Below, piece by piece: positions 1 through 10,800 of a stretch of 58,827 nucleotides of DNA (position 1 is the first letter of the stretch; each line of letters begins with the position of its first letter). The position numbers were made by a program, and so were the translations under genes. The stretch comes from Klebsormidium nitens. Taxonomy: Eukaryota; Plantae; Klebsormidiophyceae. The stretch is taken from positions 1 through 58,827 of the forward strand of contig DF237497.1 of NCBI GenBank assembly GCA_000708835.1, given 5' to 3'. The notes under the pieces are model-generated. The model was not told where the DNA came from. It did no database searches and worked only from the letters and a program-made list of their open reading frames with translations.

Positions 1-141
1 TGAGTCTGAGTCCTGAGGATAACCTCGAGAAGGCCAACTCTGAGCCGTCCGATAGATTCAACTTGGACGTTTAAACCGTCCCAGCGTCCGATGCCAGGTG
101 CACTCGCGAGTGCATACGCCCACTTTATTAGATTTATTAAA

Positions 142-679
142 AAGGGACACTTTGAAGCTGTACCCCCCGTATTAACTATGGAGCCCTTTCAGCCAGAGGA
201 CCTAAGTCCCCCCCCCTTCCTTACGGGCCGCGCTGGCGCGCGGGCCCCAAGTCCCCCCCGCTTGCCTGCTCAGATTTCGAGGGTCTCCGGTCGCCCCCCC
301 ATGCAAAGTCTCAGTTTTCTTTTCCAATTAAATTTGGAAAATCGATCATAGGGGAGTGCATTTGCAGAATTCTTAGGCTGTGTTGAGGCTGACTTCGAGC
401 TAGGTGCAACCTGAAGGGCAGATTTTTTACAATTACAGGTATATTTGGAGGAAAAATCCGGATAAAATCTCATTAAACAGTGTAAACAGTTTAACCCCTT
501 GAACACCCCTTGAACCCCCAGATCTCAGAGTCTACACAATGGTCCCCCCCCCATGTGACTTTGGGCTTTTTCAATGTCAGCAGGTCCCCCCCCCCATCTA
601 CCCCCCAGTAGCGGCTCTCGGTCTTCGGTACCCCCCCCATAACAGTTAATACGGGGGGTACAGCTTCAAAGTGTCCCTT
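142..679. mobile_element. MITE-like non-autonomous element with 36-bp perfect terminal inverted repeats
   Basis: 142-177 (AAGGGACACTTTGAAGCTGTACCCCCCGTATTAACT) is the exact reverse complement of 644-679. The interior has no credible coding capacity and carries repeated (A/G)GTCCCCCCC motifs. No clear target-site duplication, so the superfamily is unassigned. Confidence 0.8.
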
Positions 680-942
680 CCCTTACTACTGATTAGTGTT
701 CCGTTGGCGTCGCGTCCGGCCTAGCTAGCCTGCCTGTAGCGCCGCCCTGCAAGGAGAACTACGGTACGTTGAGTTCTCGTTGTTTTGACCATTGGCATTG
801 GTACATCAAATGTCCAGCTGTCCAGCTAGTGACGAAGTCTCCTTACAAAGCACCAGGTCTGGAAGAGACGGTGAATCTATTTACTGGCGCAGATCTACGC
901 TCATATGCTGTTGACTGCCTGTCGTTGTATGGGTCGTGCGTG

Positions 943-2112
943 ATGACTCAGGGCAGCTTTTACTCGCTATGGGCCATGCCTGAGGCGGGCAGCCCCCTCG
1001 CAGGCCGCGTGGGGGCCCTGATTGCTGACCTGAGCAGCCAGCACGGTACGCCGCCGTTTTCTCCTCATGTGACTGTCCTCGGGGGGTTCGGCGACCAGCT
1101 GGACCAGGACCAGGTGGGCCCCTCGTGGCTGCGCGATGCAGGCGCCCGTCCACGCACACTGTTCTCAGCTTCATGCAGTCCCAGGTACCATATTCACACA
1201 CTTGAGCGCTTGCCGTGGCATACCTGGCGCTTGCCGCCTTGTACCTGGCGCTGGCTGCGTCTGTCTGTCACGTCCTGCTGCATAAGCTAGGCCTGTGCCT
1301 CTCGCGCTGGCTGGGTGTGCAGGTGCTGGCGCGCACGCGGGCGCTGGCGGCGCAGGTAGCCCCGTACCGGTGCCGGGTGGCGGACGTGGCGTGCGGGAGC
1401 TCCTACTTCCAGATGGTGTACCTCAGGATGCACAAAGACGCCCCGGTGCGGCCGCCAGCTCACACAACAATGCTGCAGAGCTGAGCTCAAGCAAGGGAGC
1501 CATGGTTGTGAGCTCACAGTCCATGGGAAGAAGTCGATAGCATGCAGGGGGATCCCCCGCTTGAGAACTCCTGCTATCTTTGATAAGGTTGCTACTGTAC
1601 TTTCACATGGGCCCATCTGCTAGCCAAAGGGCGCTGTTTCCCTTCTGTTTTGCCACTCACCCATTCCTTTTTTCTGCAGGTTCTGAATGCTCATGCTGCC
1701 TCGGTGTCATGCTTCCAGGTGGCCCCCTCCTCCAAACCAGGTCAGGTCCACTTGCTTGCTGATGGATCTGGGCATCCTCTTGAAATGGAGAACAGCTGAC
1801 GCAGACAAATCCTTTGCCACTGATGGACATTGAGAGGCTTGAATCTTCACTCTAACTTCGAGGCTCATATCAGCCTTTGCGGCCATTGACGTCCTCGCAG
1901 CGTACATGCCCCACATGTCTCTACTTTACGGTGACCTGGCGAACGAGGTGCGGGAGCAGGTTGTGGAAGCTGTGGCGGGCCAGCACAAGGACCTTTTGGT
2001 GGACACCGAGTTCCTGGTCAGGAGCTTCCACCTCTACAGGACAGACCCCACTGACCTTCTGATGAAGACGTGGGAAGAAGTTGCTGTTTTCCCCTTGTCT
2101 GGACACGAGTGA
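943..2112 (+). CDS. Cyclic nucleotide phosphodiesterase (2H phosphoesterase, plant CPDase-like), ~166 aa
   Basis: Exons 943-1113, 1323-1445, 1680-1740, 1901-2112; all GT-AG and phase-consistent. Contains both HxT/S motifs (PHVTV, PHMSL), YSLWAMP at the N-terminus and KTWEEVAV at the C-terminus, resembling Arabidopsis CPDase as recalled. Confidence 0.92.
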
Positions 2113-3032
2113 CTGAATCAGAGTATACGGGCAAGATGGTGCCCTCGGCACGACTTGTCGTATTGGTGATCCGGATGTCACAAATTTGAGTGTACGTGTT
2201 GTGCTGAACAGACAGGTTAGAGATAGTCACTTTGAGCGAGTTCACAAAGCAAGAGCTAGAAACAAATCGACATAATGATAGCAAGGGAGTTGTGGCGAGG
2301 CAGATATGCTTGAAATATGTTTCTCTTGCTACAACTCATGCAGGCTAGCTTGCAATTCAATGTGTGCATGCACTCACATGATGCTGGCCCCTATACTTAC
2401 CTCTTTTCAAGAGCATGACCGCTGCTGCTGTTCTCAGCAATTAGGCATAAGGAGAAGTTACGCTGCATGTCGACAAGCCTACATGGATACTTCTTATTAT
2501 GATGCCCTTGCACGAGGCATGGGGCCGATAGGGCCGGCGGCCCCCGACAAACAATGTTTGGCACCGATCGCCATGTCCGATATGACTGGGTGATTGGATA
2601 ACTGGATGACTACATACCCTACATATTATCATTCGCTCCAGCGCTCTGACTTGGTTACCCGGGCCTATGCTTAGACCAGCCAGACGGAAAGGCATGCATT
2701 TGAATCCGATGCACAGTCCAACCCGTGAGCGGTTTCAACACAGACATGCTCTGCTCTCAATGAAGATCGGCCGAATACCATGTAAGGGCCACAAGCACAC
2801 TCAAATTACTATACACAACGAGGGCCAGCAGCTCTGCACCTCGTCCTAGTTCCCAGATTCTGTCTATTCACACACCGGCACTATGCTACATTGACAAGTA
2901 ACGTAAGGGGGCTCGCTGGCCGCTGCGCATGCTTCGCCCCACCTTTCTAGAGCCAGTGGTGGCCGCTCCTCCACGAGATTGTTTGCTGCAGCGCAACAAG
3001 ATGGCGAGCCCCATGATACACACCTGCTGTGT

Positions 3033-3046
3033 ACACACACACACAC
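3033..3046. repeat. (AC)7 microsatellite
   Basis: ACACACACACACAC read directly, just downstream of the DUF3700 gene stop. Confidence 0.9.
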
Positions 3047-3230
3047 CTCAGGACACCAAGACCGCTACACGACTGCTGTCTAACCCCCCACCTCCTGGGC
3101 CAGCTTCTATACCTCCATCTGCGCCACTTCCGCCTCTTCCGTCCACTTCTTGTTGATATTAAACAAAACATGCCCAAACTTTGCCCTTGCCTCACGAGGC
3201 ATGCTGGATCCTCCCCCTCCGCCGTGCCTG

Positions 3231-6200
3231 TCACTTCGCTGTGACCTGCGCCCCCGCCAGCGCCGCCAGGTTCTCCCCGCTGCTGGCGCGGCACATGCCC
3301 TCTGTGCTCGCCACCCGTTTCATCACGGACGTCACCACGCGCCGCACCGCCGTGCGGGGAAATACGGGCGGGGCCGGCTTCTCCTGCCGCTTCAGTACTA
3401 CGCGCAGAGCGGGGGCCTCAGTCTTGGGGTTTCGAGGGGGCTTCCCAGCGGCTGCTGGAGCCGCCTCCTTGGGCGTCGCTGATGGCGGCGCTGCGGGCCG
3501 GAGGGTGCTCCCGGAGCGGGGGGCAATGGGCGGGGGAGGCAGGCCGCACGTGCTGGCGCGGTCCTCTTCAGAGGACGACTCTGCATAGCGGGACACGAAG
3601 GACGGGGATGAGCTAGGGGAAACGACAGAGAACGAAAGCTGCGAAGACAGCAGGGAGGGCAGAGAGTTTTGCCCTTCCGTGCCCGCCTTAGCCGTTCCGG
3701 CTGGACTCGGCCCGCTTTGGCCCTCACCTTCGTCCGACATGGCATCCGCGGCGGTGCGCCGCAGTGCCCCCAGCCTGGTCTCTTTGAGGGCGGAGCCCCG
3801 TCTTTTGCGCAGGGTCATAGGCGCACCGCCCGATTCCCACTCCAGGTTGTCGTCGCCCTCGCCCGATGCCGCCCCGCTCGTGTCGTCCAGGTCGTCCGTC
3901 CCACACTGCATACAGCAGTGCACAAATCAGCCAGCTTCCAGAAGTCCAACAATGGCGAGGCAATCCCACCCTCCAGAGGCTCAACATGTTTGTCATGTCA
4001 TGTCATGCTGGCACCTACTCCGGCATGCCTCCGATACGGCCAGCCACTTGACCCTGGCAGCCCAGTCTGTCTTCCCCCCCCCTCACCTCGCCTTCCTCGC
4101 TGCTGCCGGCACGGCCGTCGTCCGGTCCGGGACTGGCCAGCTCGAAGCTGCTCATGATGCCGGTGCCGTCGGTGCCATCGTCCGGGGTGAGGCAGAAGAA
4201 GGTGCCCGGAGGGAACTGGTCCGCGTCAGCCGCCTCCTCTTCCACCAGCGCCCTGCCGACGCAACCAGGGCCGAAATGAGAATGTGAGGGGAGGCAACGA
4301 ACCAGAGACACACCCAGCAGAGAGCTCCGCCTTGCAATCTTGCGCACAGCAAGGTGCAGCCAGTCTCAAATGCGGTGTTCTCCCAGACTGGGTGTTCACA
4401 TTGGCCAGTTCTCTGTCTGCCCCGGTGCTGGCGCACCTGTCTGTGGAAAAGAGCAGCCCCTCCCCGAAGGTGGGCGCCCCCCAAAAGATGGCCTCCTGCG
4501 CCTGGTGGTCGCGCGCAGCTACGAGGCGGCAGTGCACGCTGTCCCACACTAAGAACGCAAAGCGGCCGCGTAGCCCCCCCAGCAGCCGGGCCGCCGCACG
4601 TGGGCCAGCGCCGTGGTGCTTGGCGGGGCACGCATAGCCACCCTTGCCCTCCCACAGGTCCGGTCCCTGGGGACATGGGCAGCTAGAGTGAGGAGATGAA
4701 CCCCACGAGCGCACACAACTATCAAGGCTGGATGTCTTTGTAATGTCATGATGGCTGCGCCGAAGGTGCGACATATTCTCTCAAGCAAGGAGTATCTCAT
4801 TCCTCTCGGAAGACCTACTGGCTCAAAAGCTTATAAGAGCAGGAGTAAACACATCTGCGGATGCTGGCAGCAAGCGATCACAGAAAGTCGCCGGCGGGCC
4901 CCGCTTGGCTTCGTTCAAGAGCAGTTGGGAGCGGCCTGGCCCTGCCCTGCCCACTGCTGACCTGCAAACCCCCCCAGTGAGCCCTCTTGTACACGTCCAG
5001 AACGCGCTTGGCGTCATCCCACACAGCTGCCCTCCCCCTTGCTGCCAGCTCTGCCTCAGTCTGCCAGCTGGAGGCGCACTCGAGCGGGTCCTGCCCCCAG
5101 GCCGGAACGTGCTCCCCCTGCAGCGACACACAGGCCGGTGCAACTGGGTTAAGCAGGACACTCAAACAGGGGGGAGCTGTGAGGGGCGCAGCCAGCGTTT
5201 ACCACGCCCTGATCACCCTTGGCACAAGTACAATGTTGTGTTGCTGTCTTTTTGTTGACCCACTCCACCTGAGCACTTGGGACAGTCAATCCTCTGTTGA
5301 GTATGTCCCCTACATACGGCCAAGTTAGTGGCTAATGTAGCTCAGGCAGATCAAAAAGGTGTGATAGGCTAAAAGCTGACCTACGGAGCGAGCAAGCTAT
5401 CAACAAGACATTGAAGGGTGTGCATAGCATCGAGTCTGATTCACCAGCGATTAGGGTTGATTCTGTGGGCGCATCCAGCCCGGCCCCTGCTTCTGCTCTT
5501 CTCCACCCACCGCCGAGGCTTACGGGAAGACAATAAGCAAATTACCTTCTTGGGGGGCTCCAGCTGCCCACAGAAAAGCACCGTGACTCCGCCCCTGGAT
5601 GCGCACTTGACGTTGGGCCCCTGGATGTACGCAATGCCCGTCCCTGGCCCTAGCACCTTCTCCGCCACACCGGCGCGGTGCCTGCGACCACAGGAACAGA
5701 GGCAGCTTGGCAGCCTGCCAACAATTGCTCACGGCATGGAAGTCACAACCAGAATGGTCAGCTAGGGCAGGGGCCATAAACGGAAGGACTGATTGTACTG
5801 TGACAGGTCTATGGGTTCAGGAGAGTCCTGCGGTCCGCTGTATCCAAGCAAAGAGTATGGCTGTTCAAAACGAGGACACGTCAAAATAGCTCTGGAATCT
5901 GGATGTGCGAACTTCTCGGAGTCTTCGCAAAAGTACTCCTTTTGCATACCAAAGCGACTTGACCACAAACTTAGCTGGACAACAGAAATGGAAAACCATA
6001 ACTCCTCATGCTACTCAGGTTTCTCCCTTAAGCACATTTGGCAGTAAGGTGTCCCTCTCTCAACTACCAGAACCTAGTGGTTGCAGGTATGGTGGGGAAC
6101 AGGGTCCCAGTACCATACGTCCCAGCAATTGGACCTTAAGATTCAGAGGTGGTCAGGAAGTAAAGGCCAAATCCTTGCAAACAGCCAAGCAAGAATGGAA

Positions 6201-6570
6201 ATACACACAAGTATTGGGGATGGCTGCATTCAAGCAAGACAACCTGCTCTGCACGTCTTGGAATCAGCCTTGCCTAGACGCAACTAGAGACACCCAGAAA
6301 GTTGGAGCAGACAAGAATTCTGCGGATGATGCGTCCATGTCTTGTAAGACAGGCAATTGCCCTCACGGATTCCTGTAAGCTCTTGGCGTGACATTACCCT
6401 GCCCCCACCTCTGCCCCAGCGCCTTACCGGTGGGGTAAAGACTCCCTAAGTGCTGACAGCCTCTGCAGCACTGCCTCCTCTTCCTCTTCGTCCACTCGAG
6501 CCAGCTTGGCCCCAGCCAAAGGGGGCTTAGCACCACGCACCCATCCCGCCTGCCCAAAGACTCCAAACAT
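3231..6570 (-). CDS. Wali7/TSJT1/aluminium-induced-like protein (DUF3700, Ntn-hydrolase-like fold), ~501 aa, with a long low-complexity insertion
   Basis: Exons 6570-6428, 5681-5546, 5117-4962, 4666-4437, 4252-4087, 3905-3231; GT-AG, phases consistent, 1506 nt. Motifs MFGVF, VLFCGQLE, LRGRFAFLVWD, AARD..IFWG, QFPPGTFF, SSFE and RVASTEGMC resemble the plant family. The last few codons are uncertain because CAG|gtcaca near 3244 could be a further donor. Confidence 0.8.
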
Positions 6571-6862
6571 TGTCCTGCGATGGACCTTTTGCTTCTTGAC
6601 ACGGATTTGTGCAGTGAAGTCAGCTAAACAAGCACATAGTCCAACTTAGCCCCAATTGCTGAGTTGTGCAATGAACACAGTCAGGTTCCAACACGCACGT
6701 CGCATACACCTTGTTGCGAGACGAGTGGACCAGATTCCCAGTTTGCAATGGCTGCGCCAAACATCCTGTTACCCAGCACCAGCTGTTCAATTACGTACAA
6801 TGCATCGGGAATGCTGCTCGCGTGCCATCTAAGAAGGCCCCTTCCCAATGGTACTTAAACAT

Positions 6863-6909
6863 GTATTAGTAAGGCTATAGCCCTAAGGCATAGTATTAGT
6901 AAGGCTATA
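6863..6909. repeat. 17-bp direct repeat with 30-bp period
   Basis: GTATTAGTAAGGCTATA at 6863-6879 and 6893-6909, about 300 bp upstream of the DUF3700 ATG. Confidence 0.9.
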
Positions 6910-7889
6910 CCGCGCCCCAGGAGAGGGTTCACATTGGACTTGATCCAGCTGGGACCGTGACGTCAGTAGAAGGTGTGCTTTCCACGGTGTAATCTATGCA
7001 GACCGTCCAAAGACAAGGTAGGAGCACTCCTTGCCGTCGATGATTCTCAATGATTGCAAGCAAGATTCTTCTAAACCCCGGCCGGCCGGCCGCCAGGCGT
7101 GCTGGCGACGAGTCCGCCGCGCGCCGCGGCGGTCCCGCAGTGCGCCACCCCTTAGTACGTAGAGCTCCGATCGCTAACGGTATCATTCCCTCCGAAGGCT
7201 AGGATAGTAGGGCATTCCGAAGGCTTCCGAAGTTCACTAGCTAGCCGCCGCAACTGGCTCAGTAAAGTGCGTATGCCTGCGTGAACCCGTCCGCCGGCCG
7301 CCTGTGCCGGAGTATCCAGCTTTACAGCCATAGCCTGCTGACATCTAGCTGAGGAACGTTGGAACTGATTGACCGTGACATATGCCAATACGCAGCATAT
7401 AGTAAGATGCATGCCACTCGAGGACTAGCGAAAGTTTCGACACATGCATTTGACACAAGTCCTGCCGGAACGCATGTATAAAGTTGGCATTATTCGACCC
7501 GGCAAGAGGAAAGGTTGAGGCCGTTCAGTCAACGAACAAGCCTTTCGCGCCAATCATTGAATCAAGCAATACCATACCCTAGGGACAGGTTGTCAAGACG
7601 CGCGGTTGCTTCATCGCCGCGGACATGTGGCACCAACTTCTTCACACCGCCATCCATGTAGAAACAAGTTCTAGCGTCCAGAACTCAAAGCCGAAAATTA
7701 CAAATGCCGATCCCTGTTACCGTGCCTCTAACATGCAGAAACACCGTACAAAAATACCATTGCACATATTTTCATGCCATGTCACCTTGCCATCTACACG
7801 TTTAGGATGCTGTCAGGGGGAGAATGTGGTGCGGCAAGTACAGTCGATACCTTAACTCGGCAGTGTAGGAAGCCGAATCGGATGCAAGC

Positions 7890-10800
7890 TCATCGACTGT
7901 CTGTAGGCACAACCCTGAGCTGTCGCATCCACTCGCAGAAGCTGAGATCGTCGGTGGCCAGCAACTTGTTGCGCAAGCTGGCGCGCGCTTCTGCGGACAG
8001 TTGCTTGATCTGTGGGAACCGGGTTTCTTGCTCGTACGGCGCGTCCTTGTGGCCGGGGATGAGCCGCGCCACCAGGTAGCGCGCAGGCGAGCTGCCCTCC
8101 TGCACACCGCGCACACGGCGGCCCAGTCACACACCATACAGCGGCTCAAGCTGCAGTGCACGCTGTCGGGGACCTGTCCAGCCGTGGCCAAAACCATGAT
8201 TCACAGAGCCTGAGATTGTACAAGCGGTACCACCTTCAAGGTCGTGTGGGACGCAAGCAGTCCGCCAGGATCGGGTCTATCGCCGCCTCTGTCTGGCGGC
8301 TCTCGCCGGCTTGCGTACCTGGAAGGCGAGGATGCGCGGCGCGGGGAAGCGCTGCTCCGCCAGCTCCGCGGCTAGGCTGCTGCACGCCGCAGCGGCCGCC
8401 TCCTGCGCCGGCCCGCCCGTCTCGGACCCCTGCACCGCCACGTGCTCGCGTCAGCAGGGCGCCGAGGCAACCTGTCCTCCCAAGAGGCCGCCGCAAGACC
8501 GGGTGCCGCGGTCGCACGGAGAGTTCACGTTTCCACGGCGGGGCTCTCTACTGGGTGGCCCGATTCATGTCTATATGGACACAGACATGGACACTGAATA
8601 CACATGGTAAGCATCGAGGTTTCGCTGGGGGCATCCGTGAAGCTATCCACGTGAGAAGACCCGTCAGTGTCGGAACATTAGGCAGGATACTGACGAGGGA
8701 TGTCAAGCACTGACATCCTTTGTTCCCATAAAATGTTTCGAGGTGCCAGACCGCTTCTCGGTGAGAATCAGCGACAAGTCAGCTGGCAGCGGCGAGAGCC
8801 CGCGTGGCCCGGTTCACACGAAAGCGGGCGTGCGGTGTACGCGCACCTGCCAGATGAAGACGTGGGTGCCGTGGTCCAGCAGCAGCACGTGGTCCGGCTG
8901 CAGCGCCAGGCTGGCGGGGGGCAGCTCCTCGAAGGTGCCGCCCTGCCGGTGCGCCAGCAGCCGCGGAACCACCATCGCGGAAGACAACGCAAGGTCCGCC
9001 TGCGCACGCAAACGAGGACAGCGTGAGCGACACAAGGGGCCGCGGGGAACTCCAGTTGAGGGCCAAGGGGAGAGAGACGGATAAAACGTGAGGCGCAGTG
9101 CGTGTCTTGAAACGAAGTCAGGGTTTCTCTCAGGTCGCTCCGTGAGGAAGTCGCCCCCTCGAGCAGCCCACAGCACCTCGTTGCCATGCCCCTTGGACAA
9201 CAAGTCGTTCTAGGCATGGTACAAGATGGCAGATCCTCGCCAAAGCCGGCCGGGCCAGCTCGTAAGTGGCAGTGTCGCTTCGCAGCGGTGCGGCGCTGAC
9301 CTGCAGAAAGCAGTGGCGCAGCACGGCCCGCTCGTCCTCGTGCCCCAGGATGCTCCCCAGCAGGGGGCCCCGCCGCAGGTGGAACAGCATCTCGGGCAGG
9401 CGCGCAACCTCGGGAGGAAAGCGGCGCAGGCCGGGCGTCTCTGCGGCGCGGCCGAGGCGCGTGGCCATGTCGCGTATCCGATGGTCCAACTGCTCGCGCA
9501 GCTCCACCGCATCGCGGCTGCTCCGCGCCGCCAGCACCGTCTTCTTGGCTACCAGCACGGCCGCCACGCCGCAGTCCACGCCACGCAGGTACGCTGACAC
9601 ACTGCCGCTGACGGGCAGCCGGGTGGTGATGACGCGCACCACGCTGCGAGGGGGGCAGCAAAGGATGAGCACTCGAAGGCCGGACGGCGAGGGCGGCAGT
9701 GCCGGAGGCCAAGCTATGTGGGGCCAAGGACAGCGAGGATCTCCCCAAGGGGTTGACTGCAGCCTGCAGAGGGCCTGCACGGCACGCTTTCACCAGCCCG
9801 GACAGGTGCTCGGTGAGTCAAGGCCGAAAGCCACCATCATGCAATCAAGCGCTTCTCCGATGAAAGTGCACTGATCCGGGCTGCCATCTGAAGCGCGGTT
9901 GTGCGCGCACCTGCCCTGGTGCGTGTTGGTGTAGTGCACCGCCGCCTGCAGGTACGCCCACTCGCCGGTGTGGTCCTCCGCCAGCTCCAGGAACAGCGCC
10001 AGCCCCTGCTGCCGCTCCACGCTCGACAACTGGAACCACGCGCCCGTGTCTGCAGACAAGAAGCAGTCAGGCGCAGCAAGGAGAAGCAGGCAGGAGCGAA
10101 CGGAGGAGATGGTTGAGCACCAGATGCAACACAACACGTCTATGTTGGACTGAACTCTCCCCTGCTACAACCGATTACCGTGGGCGCCAAGGAAGGCTCG
10201 CAGCAGGCCCTCACCGCTGGGCCCTGCCGCTTCCGGAGTCTCCGAGGGCGCCTCAGCAGGTCCAATGACCCGCGCCAGCTGCAACGGCGGGGTGCAGCGC
10301 ACGCACAGGCTGCCACGAGAGCCGCTACCACGCAGCAGGGCGCGCCGCACATTTTCCGCGAAAGTTGCCTCAAAGCCGTCCGCGAGAAGCAGCATCGTGC
10401 CGCCCGACGCCTCCGCGAGCGGGAGCAGGACTGGCACGCGAACGGGGCACGTGCCCGCGGCCAGCACGTCGATGGCCACCTCCAGCTGCTTGGCCTGCCG
10501 GCCCAGGCCCGCCATGTGCTGCGCCGCGCGCTGCAGCTCGTACTGGAACGCGGGGTGCGCCTCGTGCGCCGGAATGGACCCGGGGCCCTCCGTGACGGGG
10601 CCCGCCGCACACACCAGGATGCGGCCGTTGCCGCCAGGCTGGCCGCGGCTGGAGCGCACAATGTCGGAGGCAGGCCCTGCGGAGCAGAAAGACGAAGTCA
10701 GGAACGAGTCGGGCGGGAAGAGTAATTCTGAGAACTAGGAACGCCCTCCCAAGCCTCGAGAGAAAGATCTATGTCAAGGTCGGCCTCTGACCTGGACGCA

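Noticed and set aside
99-114. 16-bp perfect palindromes at 99-114 and 23960-23975, and 12-14-bp ones at 14033, 14048 and ~43481
   Set aside because: About one 16-bp and several 14-bp palindromes are expected by chance in 59 kb, so they are not individually significant.
769-942. In-frame open extension upstream of the CPDase ATG
   Set aside because: It begins at TTG, contains no ATG and has no family similarity; the homology starts at M943.
2110-2170. CPDase stop in leaky TGA-C context (readthrough candidate)
   Set aside because: The extension LNQSIRARWCPRHDLSYW has no targeting signal, and the context is TGA-CTG rather than the strong TGA-CTAG.
7152-7412. Minus-strand ORF with ILAFGGNDT (SGNH block III-like) and CCTTCGGA repeats
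   Set aside because: Short, lacks the GDS serine block, has no supporting spliced exons, and the helix order is wrong for SGNH; probably intergenic noise.
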